NCBI GenBank assembly: GCA_002269645.1
Contig: NIVC01000831.1
Coordinates: 62,001-126,000, forward strand
Reading direction: 5' to 3'
DNA length: 64,000 bases
From: Macrostomum lignano
Taxonomy: Eukaryota
Positions 62,239 to 64,000 of this stretch are shown here, in pieces (positions within the stretch are counted from its first letter, which is position 1; each line of letters begins with the position of its first letter). A program made the translations under genes and the position numbers. The notes beneath the pieces were generated by a model. It saw only the letters and a program-made list of their open reading frames with translations. It was not told the DNA's origin and did no database searches.

Positions 62239-63082
62239 CTCCGACAGGGCCTCGGTCCAGTGGTACTTGTACATCTCTTCGTAAGCATCCGCCGCAGGAC
62301 TCTGCAAGCTGATGCGGACTGCTGCCAGCTCTTTGGCCAGTTCGCTGCGAGGAACACAAGACGCTGCAGATTCAACGATTTCTCTTCTATAGTCTTCAAC
62401 CGAGCTTAGGTTAGTAACATTAAATTTTCTTAAAACATTGAAATGGCAACCGTCGTACCCACGAGCTAGCAAATACAGCTGAATTTCCTGCCTGGTTTCG
62501 GTGCTGTTCCGAAAAATGTGATGCACTTTGCCATCCTCGGGCAGGAACTCGACTCCATGTCTGACTTGCGGCACCATCAGGTTCTCCCAGATCTCTTGAA
62601 TGGCGCTGAACCCGGGGGCCACCTGCGGCTCTGCTGCCAAGGCCGTTGCTGGGTGAAGTGGCACCACATCCGGTGCTGGAACTGCTTCGCTAGCTCCTGG
62701 CCTCGACTCTGTGCGTGCTGGAACCAGATGTCGTGGCAGCCGATTCTCTTGAGCACAGCATCCGATGGGGTGATCCACTCCTGCGGTGGAGCGAAGTAGC
62801 AAAGTTCGCTCGTATTCACCGAGAACGGGAGCAGGTGCGAATAGCAGCCGCAGTTGCTGTGCAGGATGCTCTGCTGTGCCTCGACTACGAAATCGGAGAT
62901 GGACTTTGAGTAGGCCTTGGTGACCACGTTCAGCGAGGCGTTGGAGAAGTGCCTGACATAGTTGATGGTTTCGATCGGAGGCTCGGAGCATCTGCGGCTG
63001 GGCTTCGACATGAGTCGGTTGTGGATGGGCCTGAGTTTGATGGAGGTGCTGGTGGCTGAGGCCACATCCACGAACTCGGTCT
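62239..63082 (-). CDS. DEG/ENaC channel, penultimate exon (thumb/palm/pre-TM2) with 1-nt frameshift
   Basis: (E)TEFVDVASATSTSIKL...NCGC...SRRWP in one frame; FSAIQEIWENL...LAAVRISLQ...EEMYKY...ALSE in another; 844 nt needs +1 to fit phase 1 to phase 0. Confidence 0.8.
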
Positions 63083-63084
63083 CT

Positions 63085-63232
63085 GCGGTTTGACATGGGT
63101 TGAGTATGGGTTGTGAGACTGGTTTGGCATGGGTTGTGAGACTGGTTTGGCATGGGTTGTGAGACTGGTTTGGCATGGGTTGTGAGACTGGTTTGGCATG
63201 GGTTGTGACTGGTTTGGCATGGGCTGTGAGAC
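63085..63232. repeat. 23-bp minisatellite ending at the splice acceptor
   Basis: Unit GGTTGTGAGACTGGTTTGGCATG. Confidence 0.93.
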
Positions 63233-63407
63233 TTTCGTGGAATGAAGCACTTTCAACCAAAACATAAAAAACTTGTTTAAAGTCTATCTAAATATAAGAA
63301 AAAAGATTACTATATTGACACTAAATTAAGCAACTAATTTATTAAGTTTTGGGCTACTCTTTGCTGCAAAAAAACAAATTCGCGGGTAGCGAAGCAAAAT
63401 TACGCAC

Positions 63408-64000
63408 CGCTCATCGGGAAGCTTTTCTCCTCGTGAATGAAAATGCGCAATCCAGCGGACTGCGGCTCGTTGCTCTGCAGCAGCCGGTTGACGGCTTTGC
63501 TGCGTGAGAACTTGCGAGACATGCAGCCGTCGGGCTGGGTATCATGCCAGTCGGGATACTTCTCGTTGCCATCGGTGAAGAGCACCATGTCCAGCTCGAC
63601 TCCCCTGCCCCCAGGACCGCTGGACGACTGCCGTGGGTCCGGGTGGAACGTGTAGCAGTTCCAGAACCGGCTGGTCTGGACAAGCGAGAAGTTCCTGTGA
63701 CTGCACGGCTCGCTGTTGTAGCGGCAGCTCAGCAGCATGGTCTCGTCGAGCTGGGAGATGTCTCTGGTGTCACCCGACACCCACATCACGTCCAGGACCT
63801 TCTTGCACACCTTCTCAAGTCGGCTATCATAGCTTTCATCCGATTCTTGCGGGCGCCTCTGGGTGTCCTCCTTGAACCAGTTGACGAAGTTGCCCCAGAA
63901 GTTTTCAAAGTATTGCAACACCTTAAACTTGAACTTCTTATGCTTTAAGTGGAATTCAAAGAAATCTCCTAAAGTCAGCAAAGATGCAGAAGCGGGCTTG
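63408..64000 (-). CDS. DEG/ENaC (FaNaC-like) channel, extracellular exon (continues beyond window)
   Basis: ISQLDETMLLSCRYNSEPCSHRNFS...FWNCYTF...GLRIFIHEEKSFP; AGCG|GTGCGT donor. Confidence 0.92.

Overview
Animal genomic DNA, most likely a Macrostomum-type flatworm. This is an inference from a spliced-leader-like fragment, minisatellite-filled introns and polyQ/polyA-rich coding. Five spliced protein genes can be reconstructed by hand: the last exon of YKT6 (+), a complete 5-exon Pax6 (+, 594 aa), a complete 5-exon group XII phospholipase A2 ending in HDEL (-, 268 aa), a 2-exon MIF4G-like gene (+, 317 aa), and the 3' part of a DEG/ENaC (FaNaC-like) channel (-) with two apparent lesions. About 30 unrelated micro/minisatellite arrays fill the introns and produce nearly all long ORFs in the supplied track. 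Between the divergent PLA2 and MIF4G-like genes lies a ~16.5 kb AT-rich transposon graveyard (EnSpm/CACTA transposase remnant, MITEs, a decayed BTB-BACK gene). It shows strong C-to-T hypermutation at CpG and apparently also CpA (CG>TA doubles, CTAG excess), which seems to reach PLA2 exon 1. Other oddities: a 64-bp 28S rRNA fragment centred on the R2/I-PpoI site with its core scrambled, an adjacent rRNA-like minisatellite, and a degenerate spliced-leader copy. All alignments and counts were made by eye; reference sequences were recalled from memory and need database confirmation.
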